Shown here piece by piece: positions 27,489 to 36,551 of a stretch of 64,000 nt of DNA. The stretch's first letter is position 1, and the number at the start of each line of letters is the position of its first letter. The DNA is taken from IMG/VR virus record IMGVR_UViG_3300013101_000005, positions 1 through 64,000 of that record. One strand, 5' to 3'. The DNA comes from a virus. The notes under the pieces are model-generated. The model worked only from the letters and a program-made list of their open reading frames with translations, was not told the origin of the DNA and did no database searches. The translations under genes and the position numbers were made by a program.

Positions 27489-28669
27489 TATTTGCTTCTC
27501 CAGAAGATTTTCCTAATAAAGGAACCCAGTGTCCCTTCATCCCTATGGTCATTAATTTGTTCATCAAGAACAGAATCAGCAATGACTTCCTTGTTTAAAT
27601 AAACATCATCTATAGTAGTTCCTTCTAGTGGCCCATCTAAAGTAGCAACACCACGTATACTTAGTATACCATCTGTGTTACCACTAACTAGGTGAACTTT
27701 GCCCGCAATAAATTCTATTGTTGCTTTACAATTTGGTGTATCACAATTCAAAACAGAAATACCACCAGAGTAACCACGTAAACTAAACTCAGTATCTTCC
27801 CCAGCATTCATGTCAATTGTTGGGGAGTCAAGCCCAGGAATCATTGACATAGAATGACTTAATGTATTATTTGTTCCAGCTTCTAAAATTATAGTACCAC
27901 CTAAAGCACAATCTATGCCATTAGCATGGAATCCTGTTATATCTAGTAATGTGCATTGTTCAAAATAGGCATCACCAAGCATATTACCTTGAACGCCCAT
28001 TCCTTTAACATAAAGATCTGTTGTATTATACCCATTAAAATCAAGAAGTCTAGAAACAGAGTCTGCTTTGAATTTCCATCCACTAAATATTCTATCAAGA
28101 ATTATATTCCCGTTTTGGACTCTTAATTCTGTTATACCAAACAAGCCACCTATAGTATGGGCATCCCCTAAGTTATTTACAGGCTGTGCTCTAGTCCCTA
28201 CAGGGTGTGTTATCCCCGAATATGGACTAGTAGGATCATAGTTTATAGTTCCACCGTAATCCAAATTATCAGAGATAGGACTAGGTATTTCTACATAAAC
28301 AATTTCAGCATCGGCAGGTGATATAAGTATTTTAATAGAACTTGTAAGATCATCTAAGTCAAACACAGTAGGATCAACTTCTGGATCATCAGAAATCATT
28401 TCACCATTTGTTACTATTCTAGAATCTTCATCATACGGTACTATTTTAGTGCCTTCTAACAATACCAAATACCTAGGCGTTGCTTTACCTCCACCCTTAG
28501 GAATATTTCCATAAGCTGCCATAAATGGATTATATTTTCTAAGGTCTTCTTCGGTACGTCTTTCAGTTCTGTACTCCCTATAAATATCATCTATAGGATG
28601 AAATTCAGTAACGTCTGGTAATAGATAAACTCTTCTGGCAACACCGTCCCAAGATTGGACTACAGCCAT
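27488..28669 (-). CDS. Putative virion/fibre protein; N-domain paralogous to 28679-30166
   Basis: IY.....ERR..E.LR motif; beta-helix-like C-half. Confidence 0.55.
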   Translation of the reverse strand: MAVVQSWDGVARRVYLLPDVTEFHPIDDIYREYRTERRTEEDLRKYNPFMAAYGNIPKGGGKATPRYLVLLEGTKIVPYDEDSRIVTNGEMISDDPEVDPTVFDLDDLTSSIKILISPADAEIVYVEIPSPISDNLDYGGTINYDPTSPYSGITHPVGTRAQPVNNLGDAHTIGGLFGITELRVQNGNIILDRIFSGWKFKADSVSRLLDFNGYNTTDLYVKGMGVQGNMLGDAYFEQCTLLDITGFHANGIDCALGGTIILEAGTNNTLSHSMSMIPGLDSPTIDMNAGEDTEFSLRGYSGGISVLNCDTPNCKATIEFIAGKVHLVSGNTDGILSIRGVATLDGPLEGTTIDDVYLNKEVIADSVLDEQINDHRDEGTLGSFIRKIFWRSK

Positions 28670-28678
28670 TATAAGCTC

Positions 28679-30166
28679 CTATACGTTTGTTTCCAGACCC
28701 GGTGCACAAGTAGCTGTCACAACAGCAGTTCTTGTAATAGTAAAGGTTGTCTTTTGCTGTGTTGCTATACCATCTCCTTCACACTCAAACACAATAGATT
28801 TATCCTCGCCAGCATTTAGTCCAGCTTGATCATTTGAGTCATAAGCATACGAGAATGTAATAACCGTTAGTGCACTTACATTTCCCTTAACATCTGCTGT
28901 AGCTGCATCATAAACAGTAACAGCATCTGCTGTATTAAAGTCAGTAGCATCAGCACCATCTTCGTAATAAGCATGATACCAAGCGTTTCCATCAGCAGCC
29001 GCATTAGGACCAACTGTAACCTGAACTTCAACATTGAAGGGGTACGTCTTTGTACCACCAGCATCATCAGTAAACACAACACTCTGCTGATCCGATGTTG
29101 GAATATTTTCTATAAATAATCCCAAAACATCAGCACCAGATCTAGTAACAATCTGGCCACCAGCGTTGTAGGTATACCATGTATTTACTTCACGCCCAGT
29201 AGTATCTGTTTCTGCCCCAGCATCAATGTCTGCATCGGCTTGAGCAAGAGCATCAAGATAAGCGACACATTGGTCAAGGGAACCAGGAACTGAATTAGAA
29301 AGTATCCAAGCAAAGGTACCATCGGCTTCATTAAATCCTGTTTCTACTTGTTCTGAGGTTGGGGCTAATTTAGTTAAGGCCATCCCTGTCCACGGAGATA
29401 TTTGGGAAGTGTACACATCATCTAGTGTGTAAGTTCCTGTGGTAAGGTGGACAGATTCACCAAGAGCGAAACCAGTACCATAACCACCCATCTCTGTGAT
29501 ACCAGAGTCTGCTAACTCTTTCTTATCATAGTTATTACCAAAGGTACGCACCTTTAGTGCCATGTAAGAACGAGTATCAAAATCATCAGCACCGGAATCA
29601 GTAGGAGTATTCCCTGTATCTCCAAGTACTTGTACTGCCTCATCAACAGCACCTACTTTAGCAAAGTCAGTAGTAGTACCAAAGTTCGCTAACTGGTAGT
29701 AAGGAGCAGATGTGGTGTCAATATTACCAAGTGATCTAGCACCAAAGTAAATTCTATCCACACCACCATCAATAGCACGTTCAATCCAACCAGAACCTCT
29801 AATCTTAACTCTATCATTATCAGCAAATTTTCTAGAGTTAACACACTCATAGGCACCAGCAAACTTGAATGATCCAGTAAAGTAAAAATCAAACTCACGA
29901 AGATTTTCGTCAATTCTACGTTCCTGCCTTTCAAAGGCATAAATAGCACCCATAGTGATGCCAAATTGATTTGTTAGGGGGTTTGCTTGGGATCCCCCGG
30001 CGTTAGTGAGGTCAACTGTAGCAGCTTCCTCAGCAGTAATTAATTCCATTTCACCAGCAGAAAGATCAAAATAGATATTTCCATCTGGGGAACCAGAGCG
30101 TCCTACTGTTGATTGCGCAAGCAATGTGTCGTAGTTATCTAGTCCAATTAGTTGTGCTGTTGCCAT
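28679..30166 (-). CDS. Putative virion structural/fibre protein (acidic, Ala/Gly/Thr-rich)
   Basis: Composition typical of structural proteins, biased codon use, AIYAFERQERRIDENLR. Confidence 0.6.
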   Translation of the reverse strand: MATAQLIGLDNYDTLLAQSTVGRSGSPDGNIYFDLSAGEMELITAEEAATVDLTNAGGSQANPLTNQFGITMGAIYAFERQERRIDENLREFDFYFTGSFKFAGAYECVNSRKFADNDRVKIRGSGWIERAIDGGVDRIYFGARSLGNIDTTSAPYYQLANFGTTTDFAKVGAVDEAVQVLGDTGNTPTDSGADDFDTRSYMALKVRTFGNNYDKKELADSGITEMGGYGTGFALGESVHLTTGTYTLDDVYTSQISPWTGMALTKLAPTSEQVETGFNEADGTFAWILSNSVPGSLDQCVAYLDALAQADADIDAGAETDTTGREVNTWYTYNAGGQIVTRSGADVLGLFIENIPTSDQQSVVFTDDAGGTKTYPFNVEVQVTVGPNAAADGNAWYHAYYEDGADATDFNTADAVTVYDAATADVKGNVSALTVITFSYAYDSNDQAGLNAGEDKSIVFECEGDGIATQQKTTFTITRTAVVTATCAPGLETNV

Positions 30167-31662
30167 TAGATATTCTCCTCTTTAGTAAGGTTTATTGTAA
30201 AAGACTTATCTTTGTTTTCTAAAGTAAAATATGTTTGGGATTCTTCATATCCGTCATGTATTATTTGTAATACGGCATCTGTATCGGAAGAATAGGTAAA
30301 GTTATATGTTTGTGTCGAGGATGCTGCATTTTCTTCTCCAGCTAAATTTACATTTCCTATAATACCCGGAGTAGCATTCTTTTCATATAGTCTCCACTCA
30401 TATCCAGTTATTCCTACACCATCTACTTCTATCTCAAACACAACCTGTTTTGTGTTTAATATTGTAACAGTCCCACCACCTGAATTGGTTGAGGTACTTA
30501 TGTTAGACACACCAGTAGCATTTATTGTTACATCTCCAGCAGAGTTATTTTCTACATCATATGTATTGTTGGTGTATGTATTATTATCATCTGCATATGT
30601 ACCGCCAGCAGTATATAAGGTAGCTACCCCATTATTAAGGAAAGTACAGTAAGAAACATTGTTTGTCCCTGTTGGGAAGACTAACCCGTTGTCCCCTGTA
30701 GTATCTGAAACTATATTTGTAATAAATTCAGCTAAGTCAGGATATATTTCACCACAACTATTAAAAGTATTTGTTGTAACGTAATGCCCTGAATCATTAC
30801 TGAAATAGATTTCTCTTCCTTGTGCTATTGCCGCCCCTGATAGGGTAAAATCATTTATATTTGAATCTGTAAAATCTAATGAAAAAGAGGCTCCCGCTGC
30901 TTTTATAGAACCACTCTTAAATACAAAATCTGTAGTTCCTGTTGAATTTCCAGCTACAGCTATTTTGTACAAAGTACTTTTTACATTTTTATCTGTAAAT
31001 TTTACATCTACATTAGAGTCTGTATAATAACAATTAGCTGTGGAAACTGTGTCCCCTAATTCAAGTGCTCCTGATAAAAAATAGACTCCTTCAAATTTTT
31101 CAACAATACCATAACCATTTGCAATGTCGTCTAAAAATATTTCTTCCATTCCAAAATATTCACTAGCTGCTGATTCTGCTTGTAAGCCATCTCCGTACCT
31201 CATATAATCTACCCAAGTATTAATAACACGTTTCGCACTACCAGTTAAAGCAAACTCAACACCAATACGATCAACTGAGGCTGTGTTTACAGTACCAGAA
31301 TCTGGGGTAGATTCTGTATATACACAAATATTTAGCCAACCACCGGCATATGTATCTTTCCCTGCGATATTCCAATATGCTGTATTTGCCCCATCATACA
31401 TAAAGAATCTAAGCCCGCCTAGGGCTTTTGTTTCCATTAAACCATAAACACCAGTAGTTACCCACATACGTATATGTTCTTCAGAATAATCCTGATTTGT
31501 CATACTAAAGTAAATTTGTGTACCATTATTACGAACAATAAAAGATACAGAATTATTCCCCTCTTTTAAAACCTCAGAATCAAGGGCAGGAGTAGGGCCT
31601 GTCCACCCTGTTACTGTTTCAGCATCGGCAATTGTTGTTAAATTAGCAGTAATAGTTGCCAT
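30166..31662 (-). CDS. Putative virion protein with beta-helix repeats
   Basis: Thr/Asn/Gly-rich; TNTFNSC, CTFLNN, NTYTNN beta-helix-like rungs. Confidence 0.55.
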   Translation of the reverse strand: MATITANLTTIADAETVTGWTGPTPALDSEVLKEGNNSVSFIVRNNGTQIYFSMTNQDYSEEHIRMWVTTGVYGLMETKALGGLRFFMYDGANTAYWNIAGKDTYAGGWLNICVYTESTPDSGTVNTASVDRIGVEFALTGSAKRVINTWVDYMRYGDGLQAESAASEYFGMEEIFLDDIANGYGIVEKFEGVYFLSGALELGDTVSTANCYYTDSNVDVKFTDKNVKSTLYKIAVAGNSTGTTDFVFKSGSIKAAGASFSLDFTDSNINDFTLSGAAIAQGREIYFSNDSGHYVTTNTFNSCGEIYPDLAEFITNIVSDTTGDNGLVFPTGTNNVSYCTFLNNGVATLYTAGGTYADDNNTYTNNTYDVENNSAGDVTINATGVSNISTSTNSGGGTVTILNTKQVVFEIEVDGVGITGYEWRLYEKNATPGIIGNVNLAGEENAASSTQTYNFTYSSDTDAVLQIIHDGYEESQTYFTLENKDKSFTINLTKEENI

Positions 31663-32391
31663 TTATAATAACTCCGTCCCTAGGATACTAACACTAAATA
31701 AATGTGATGCTCCGTAGTCTATAAACTGTAAATGAACAGAGTCTCCAGAGTCTTCGTCTTCATAAGGTTTATCAACATATATAGTTTCCCCAAGATTACC
31801 GTGATCCATTAATATGGTTTCTGGCGCAAGACCTGCTACGCCATTTGCTTTTGGTAAAAGTTTGAGGAACCAATCTGTTGAGTCAGTTTCTATGTGAATA
31901 TGTTTTACAATAGCTTTTGATGTATTCCAATTATTTACAGGATCGGTAAAACTATTATAGCCTTCACTAGAATCTACGCCTTCTATTAAAAAGTATTCAG
32001 GCACTCCAGAGCCTCCTACACTAGTTGCATCTAAGTAATCTGTTGAATTTTTTATCCAAACATTCTTTAAGACACTCCAAGTTATTAATTGATTATTGAA
32101 ATCTCCAGCAGGAATTAAATCTGAAATAGAAGCAATCCCACCAGTGGCACTACCCCCAGACATAATGACAGTTACATTATAAACCTCTTCTTCACCTACA
32201 GATATATTGTATACATCTGTGGAAGAAATTATGTTGTATGTTTCTTCTTCTTGTGTTATTAATTTATAACTATCTTCAGCTACTGTAACATAGTAAACAT
32301 CAATATTAGTATATACTTTATTTACAACTTCTACCGTTGTAACTGAGACATTATAAACATCTTCAGCCAAAGTTACCTGGTAGGTACTCAT
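31663..32391 (-). CDS. Putative structural protein with YNV/YNI repeats
   Basis: Repeated (E/D)(V/T)Y(N)(V/I)(S/T)V units at the N-terminus. Confidence 0.5.
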   Translation of the reverse strand: MSTYQVTLAEDVYNVSVTTVEVVNKVYTNIDVYYVTVAEDSYKLITQEEETYNIISSTDVYNISVGEEEVYNVTVIMSGGSATGGIASISDLIPAGDFNNQLITWSVLKNVWIKNSTDYLDATSVGGSGVPEYFLIEGVDSSEGYNSFTDPVNNWNTSKAIVKHIHIETDSTDWFLKLLPKANGVAGLAPETILMDHGNLGETIYVDKPYEDEDSGDSVHLQFIDYGASHLFSVSILGTELL

Positions 32392-32750
32392 TATTCAGTT
32401 ATCCTTTTTGTTACATGCGGATTAACAGTAAGGGTTCCTTTCGCAATTGTATTCACAGGACCCCCAGATTTTATAACTTTTATATCATGTACATACTTAC
32501 CAGGTTCTATATTTGTTACAAGTGCCCCAAGGGGTATTTCTAATGTATTTGTATAATCAACAACAGACATACTAAGAAGCATATCACTTGGATTTAAAGC
32601 AATAGCGGCATTGGCATCTGTGTCAGAAAAATTGTATTTTGCTGTGTAGTAGAATTCCCAATCTGTGATAGTTTGATCAAAAATTAATTTGATAACTCTA
32701 TCATCTCCTTGAGCTATTACTTTGTTTAAATCAAAAGTAAATTTTGCCAT
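32391..32750 (-). CDS. BppU N-terminal-like Ig-fold structural protein
   Basis: I.QGDD, PGKYVHDI.V, TIAKGTLTV...VT. Confidence 0.6.
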   Translation of the reverse strand: MAKFTFDLNKVIAQGDDRVIKLIFDQTITDWEFYYTAKYNFSDTDANAAIALNPSDMLLSMSVVDYTNTLEIPLGALVTNIEPGKYVHDIKVIKSGGPVNTIAKGTLTVNPHVTKRITE

Positions 32751-32776
32751 TTTAACACCATTCTTGTAATATGTTG

Positions 32777-33040
32777 TTATTCATATAATCTAGCATTAGC
32801 CTCTTCCATCACAGCAACAGAAGCTAGGTCTATAATTTCCTGTTCCGGTGAACTTTTTGTCACAGGCTCAGTTTTGCTTGTTCCAATATCCGGTTTAACC
32901 GGACCATCACTAAAATCAATCTTGTTAACCGGAATTTCTCTACCAGCCGCTGTTTTGAACACTCTGAGTGAACCAGCATCTGTTTGAAATACAGCTTCTC
33001 CGGTAGATTTTAAGGTACCAACTTTTGTCAACTTAATCAT
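32777..33040 (-). CDS. Hypothetical protein
   Basis: AGGAG RBS; first gene after promoter motif copy C. Confidence 0.65.
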   Translation of the reverse strand: MIKLTKVGTLKSTGEAVFQTDAGSLRVFKTAAGREIPVNKIDFSDGPVKPDIGTSKTEPVTKSSPEQEIIDLASVAVMEEANARLYE

Positions 33041-33077
33041 TAGTTTCTCCTATAAAGTTAAAATAATAGGTCTTTGC

Positions 33078-33092
33078 CTATATACATAACAC
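33078..33092 (-). promoter_or_regulatory. Putative phage-specific promoter motif (copy C)
   Basis: GTGTTATGTATATAG. Confidence 0.55.
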
Positions 33093-33325
33093 AAAAGAAC
33101 GCTATTTAGTCATTTTTTAAAAATTGGAATAAATAGACGAAGGCATGTTAATAAGAGGGCAAATTCCCAAAAATAACACAATAAAGGCAATTAGTAGTAA
33201 AAATGGTTTGGTTATCCTTTACAATATACTTTTATGAATAGGATTACTAAAGAAAATAATAAAATACAAAAAAAACATGTAATGGATAAACATTTAAATG
33301 AACCCATATCCCCCCCAAAAAAGAG

Positions 33326-33401
33326 TGGAGCTGACGGGAGGACTTGAACCCCCAATCTTCTCGTTACAAATGAGAGGCTCTACCTGTTGAGCTACGTCAG
33401 C
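33326..33401 (-). tRNA. tRNA-Thr(UGU)
   Basis: GCTGACGTAGCTCAACAGGTAGAGC...TT TGT AA...GGTTCAAGTCC...TCCA cloverleaf with encoded CCA. Confidence 0.92.
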
Positions 33402-33408
33402 TATAGTC

Positions 33409-33493
33409 TGGTGCGTCCGGAGGGAGTTGAACCCTCATTCCAAAAGGAGCAGGTCCCTAAAACCTGTGTGTATACCTATTCCACCACGAACGC
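33409..33493 (-). tRNA. tRNA-Leu(UAG)
   Basis: GCGTTCGTGGTGGAATAGGTATACAC, anticodon stem CAGGT/ACCTG with TAG, long variable arm, GGTTCAACTCC, ACCA. Confidence 0.9.
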
Positions 33494-33499
33494 AATATA

Positions 33500-33527
33500 T
33501 GGCACAGGACTTGCAAGTATTGTACCA
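33500..33527. promoter_or_regulatory. Two overlapping, oppositely oriented sigma54-type elements sharing TTGCAA
   Basis: + TGGCACAGGACTTGCA; - TGGTACAATACTTGCA. Confidence 0.55.
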
Positions 33528-33535
33528 ATAAGTCT

Positions 33536-33550
33536 CCATGTAAATAACAC
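33536..33550 (-). promoter_or_regulatory. Putative phage-specific promoter motif (copy D, variant), upstream of the tRNAs
   Basis: GTGTTATTTACATGG. Confidence 0.4.
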
Positions 33551-33596
33551 GGAATTGGGATATTTTGCCCATTTTAAACTTTTTTGTTGAAAAAAC

Positions 33597-33625
33597 TTGA
33601 CAGCTCGTTTTATCTGTGATATGTT
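33597..33625 (+). promoter_or_regulatory. sigma70-type promoter for the right arm
   Basis: TTGACA-17 nt-TATGTT with extended TGn and upstream A tract. Confidence 0.75.
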
Positions 33626-33663
33626 TATATTAGGACCTAGATCTCTTTATCTTTTAAGGTTTT

Positions 33664-33782
33664 TAGTTTCTTATTATATAAGTTAAGATCTTAACTCGGA
33701 GTAACTATGTCAGGTTTTATCTTAAAATTCCTAGTTTCTTAATTATATAAGTTAAGATCTTAACTCGGAGTAATTATGTCAG
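33664..33782. repeat. ~50-bp direct repeat, each copy with a perfect 16-bp palindrome AGTTAAGATCTTAACT
   Basis: 33664-33713 and 33732-33782; palindromes at 33681-33696 and 33750-33765. Confidence 0.9.
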
Positions 33783-33799
33783 TTTCGGAGGTATAAAGT

Positions 33800-34246
33800 A
33801 TGATAATAGGGTATATTCCTACTACAGAAGGGGTTATAGAGGATTTGTTTGGTTTATGTAATCATGAGGTATCTTTTAATAATTCTACTCCTTATTGTGA
33901 AAAATGTAATTCATTTGTGACTAAAAAGAGTATTGCAGATTTAGATGATTTACATGAGGGTATAGATAGTATAGGTATTGGTGGGGGTTATTATATAGCA
34001 AAACTAGTTAATTTTTTAGTTAGATATGGGAAATTATCCTTTGAAAGTACAAAAGGAATTAAATGGTATGGTTTATGCTACACCATAGACAACGAATTAA
34101 TTAGTGAAAATACAGTTACATATAAAGCTAAAACAACTCAGACCTTTGCTTATAGCGTTTGTTGGTTCTCTGAAATTCTTTTTAGAAGGCTATCTGGCGC
34201 AAAATATAGCAAAGATGAAATTAGGAGGATTATAAATGATAGTTGA
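33800..34246 (+). CDS. Hypothetical protein
   Basis: GGAGG RBS; first gene of the right arm. Confidence 0.7.
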   Translation: MIIGYIPTTEGVIEDLFGLCNHEVSFNNSTPYCEKCNSFVTKKSIADLDDLHEGIDSIGIGGGYYIAKLVNFLVRYGKLSFESTKGIKWYGLCYTIDNELISENTVTYKAKTTQTFAYSVCWFSEILFRRLSGAKYSKDEIRRIINDS

Positions 34247-34688
34247 ATCTCATCAAGTAATTGAAGAATTTATTCAAAATATGAAAGTAACCAGAATTGT
34301 GCAAACTGGATATTTGAATGTTCCGCTTACTAATATGTTAGCAGAGCATGGAGAAGTAATACTTATTACAAGTGCAACGTTTAACCCATTTGAAGATAAG
34401 AAACAAGTTATTCTAACAAATGATCACTACCATAAATCAGCATATACATTTAAAAATAAGCATGGAATACTTGATGTTTGTGTGTTTGGACATATGGAGC
34501 AGTTGGGTGATTTTAGGGCAACACTATGTGCATGGGTACCTGTTATTAGAAAAAATGGTCTTATTGTTTTTCTAAATAGTCAACAAGAAGATATACAAAA
34601 GGTTATAAAAAGTTACATAGAACAAATTGATGCAGATTATTTTGAAATTACTGAATGTGCTGATCTAACTTTTATAAAGGTGAAATAA
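34236..34688 (+). CDS. Degenerate class I methyltransferase-like protein
   Basis: LDVCVFGH...D....W...IRKNGLIVF resembles the Methyltransf_24 C-half, but the canonical motifs are eroded. Confidence 0.4.
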   Translation: MIVESHQVIEEFIQNMKVTRIVQTGYLNVPLTNMLAEHGEVILITSATFNPFEDKKQVILTNDHYHKSAYTFKNKHGILDVCVFGHMEQLGDFRATLCAWVPVIRKNGLIVFLNSQQEDIQKVIKSYIEQIDADYFEITECADLTFIKVK

Positions 34689-35368
34689 TGGATAGATTAT
34701 TTATAACTACAAAAGATCGTCCAACTGAACTTGCTATTTTATGTAAGTCTTTATTACATAGTGATATGAGAAAATTTATCAAAGAAGTAATTTTCTTGGA
34801 TGATAACTCTGAAGAGATAATGGAAATACAAAGAATTTATACAGCCTTTATGTATACTCTTTTACCACAAGGTATTAAGTGTAGGTTACTAGAAGCAAAA
34901 GATGGAAGAGAAGGAATTAATGCCAGTTGGGATAGAATAAAACATTATCCATCTAACCACATTTGGGGATTAAATGGGGATATGATGGTTTTTGAAAACT
35001 ATTTTGAAAGATGTTTAAGTATCTTAACTTTTGGAATTGAAAAGTATGGCATGGGCTCTTCTTTGTTAGTTTCTGGGTTTAATACGCCAATGCATCCAGT
35101 AGAACTTACCCATTATGAACAGAAGTGTGTTAAAGCACCAAGTGTAGGAGGCTGTGCTTTTGTTATACGACATATGGATGTTGTGTTGTTCCTAGAGGCT
35201 TTAGGAAAACCTACAATGAACAGGGGATTTGATTTGCATCTTGGTGAAGTTTTTGATTGTATTTTAACAGCAAATCCCTCAGTTAGCCAGCATATAGGTA
35301 TTTTAACAGGATTAAACCAATTGCAATTATCAGGGTTTCCCGGTGCTTTTGCAAGAGTAAGAGGATAG
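34688..35368 (+). CDS. GT-A (family 2-like) glycosyltransferase
   Basis: FITTKDR...L...L, VIFLDDNS, LNGDM, SQHIG. Confidence 0.7.
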   Translation: MDRLFITTKDRPTELAILCKSLLHSDMRKFIKEVIFLDDNSEEIMEIQRIYTAFMYTLLPQGIKCRLLEAKDGREGINASWDRIKHYPSNHIWGLNGDMMVFENYFERCLSILTFGIEKYGMGSSLLVSGFNTPMHPVELTHYEQKCVKAPSVGGCAFVIRHMDVVLFLEALGKPTMNRGFDLHLGEVFDCILTANPSVSQHIGILTGLNQLQLSGFPGAFARVRG

Positions 35369-35607
35369 AATGACTGAAGATGAAAATAAAAACTTTTGGG
35401 AAGAAGAAAAATCTGAAGTTGATTTACTAAAGTTAGGATCAGCGTATCCACCCGTTAGGGTTTACTTAACAGCAATAGAGATTGCAAGGCTGAACTCATT
35501 AGAAGCGGTTGTGAAATCTATTATTTTGTCAGATGGTAAAGAACTTGATTTGGAAATATTCTTGGAAACAGATAGAAATAAGTTTGCGAAAGATTTAAGA
35601 GAGGCAC

Positions 35608-36219
35608 TTGATGAATAAGTTAAAAATAGCGGTAGATATGGATGAAGTTATTGTAGATTTAATCGGTCATTGGGAGATGATTTATAGGATAAAGGCTAAT
35701 ATTCCTGACATTGAGGAAATTATAGTAGACCAGTGGGATGTGGCAGAGTCTTTTACTCGCCTCCCAAAAAGAGAAATATATGCTATGTTGGACATACCGG
35801 GAATGTTTGCTCATTGCCAACCTATACCGGGGGCGATAGATGGGCTACTTTACCTTGAGGAAGATGATCGGTTTGATGTTCATATAGTTACCGTTGCTAA
35901 GGCTAGAACAGCATACAGCGAAAAAATAGAATGGGTTGAACAACACCTTGGCTCTTTTTTAAAAAATAAAACTATCGGGTTGTGCTCTTTTGAAACTAAA
36001 GCAGAATTAGCCTGTAATTATGATGTTATGATAGAAGACAATCATATGACTCTATCAAAAATAGATCCCAAATGTGGATGTCATAGAATACTTTTTAAAC
36101 AACCACATAACTACATGGCTGTGTATCCTAAAGATTTTGATGATGCTGTTGTTGGTTGGGATGATTTAATTAGAAAGTTGCTGATACTATGGGAAAATCG
36201 ACAACAAAACATGAGTTAG
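35608..36219 (+). CDS. 5'(3')-deoxyribonucleotidase (HAD, NT5C)
   Basis: IAVDMDEVIVD, PIPGA, EKIEWV..H, MIEDN, PHN. Confidence 0.9.
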   Translation: MMNKLKIAVDMDEVIVDLIGHWEMIYRIKANIPDIEEIIVDQWDVAESFTRLPKREIYAMLDIPGMFAHCQPIPGAIDGLLYLEEDDRFDVHIVTVAKARTAYSEKIEWVEQHLGSFLKNKTIGLCSFETKAELACNYDVMIEDNHMTLSKIDPKCGCHRILFKQPHNYMAVYPKDFDDAVVGWDDLIRKLLILWENRQQNMS

Positions 36220-36551
36220 TTAGGTCTGTTTTTTATGAGCAAGATAAGTCAGATCCAGAAAGAATACAAAAATATATTCTAGAAGATGTTTTTGATATAT
36301 TTGTAGAAAATATAAAAGATGCTTTGGTTAGTGGTGAATATGTATATCTTCGTGGCTTTGGTACTTTTGCCCCGATTAGGGAGAACTTAAGAAGAAGAAC
36401 AAGGTATGTGCCTGGACCTGATAAAATAGTAGACACTATTGTTTTAAATCATCATAGGATTTTTAAACCGTCAAGAGAGTTGATTCGTAAAGTAAATGTA
36501 GGAGCAAGTGATGTATTCCAAAGATATTTTGACAATAGTAACGATTCCTAA
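36189..36551 (+). CDS. HU/IHF-family DNA-binding protein
   Basis: TK.EL, I..AL..GE.V.LRGFGTF, FKPSREL...VN. Confidence 0.85.
   Translation: MGKSTTKHELVRSVFYEQDKSDPERIQKYILEDVFDIFVENIKDALVSGEYVYLRGFGTFAPIRENLRRRTRYVPGPDKIVDTIVLNHHRIFKPSRELIRKVNVGASDVFQRYFDNSNDS

Noticed and set aside
33409-33493. Amber suppressor tRNA or recoded genetic code
   Set aside because: Anticodon UAG reads CUA (Leu), not the stop codon. Genes are full length in the standard code and TAG/TGA are used as normal stops.
33387-33590. 67-aa ORF
   Set aside because: Antisense to the tRNA genes and overlaps promoter elements.
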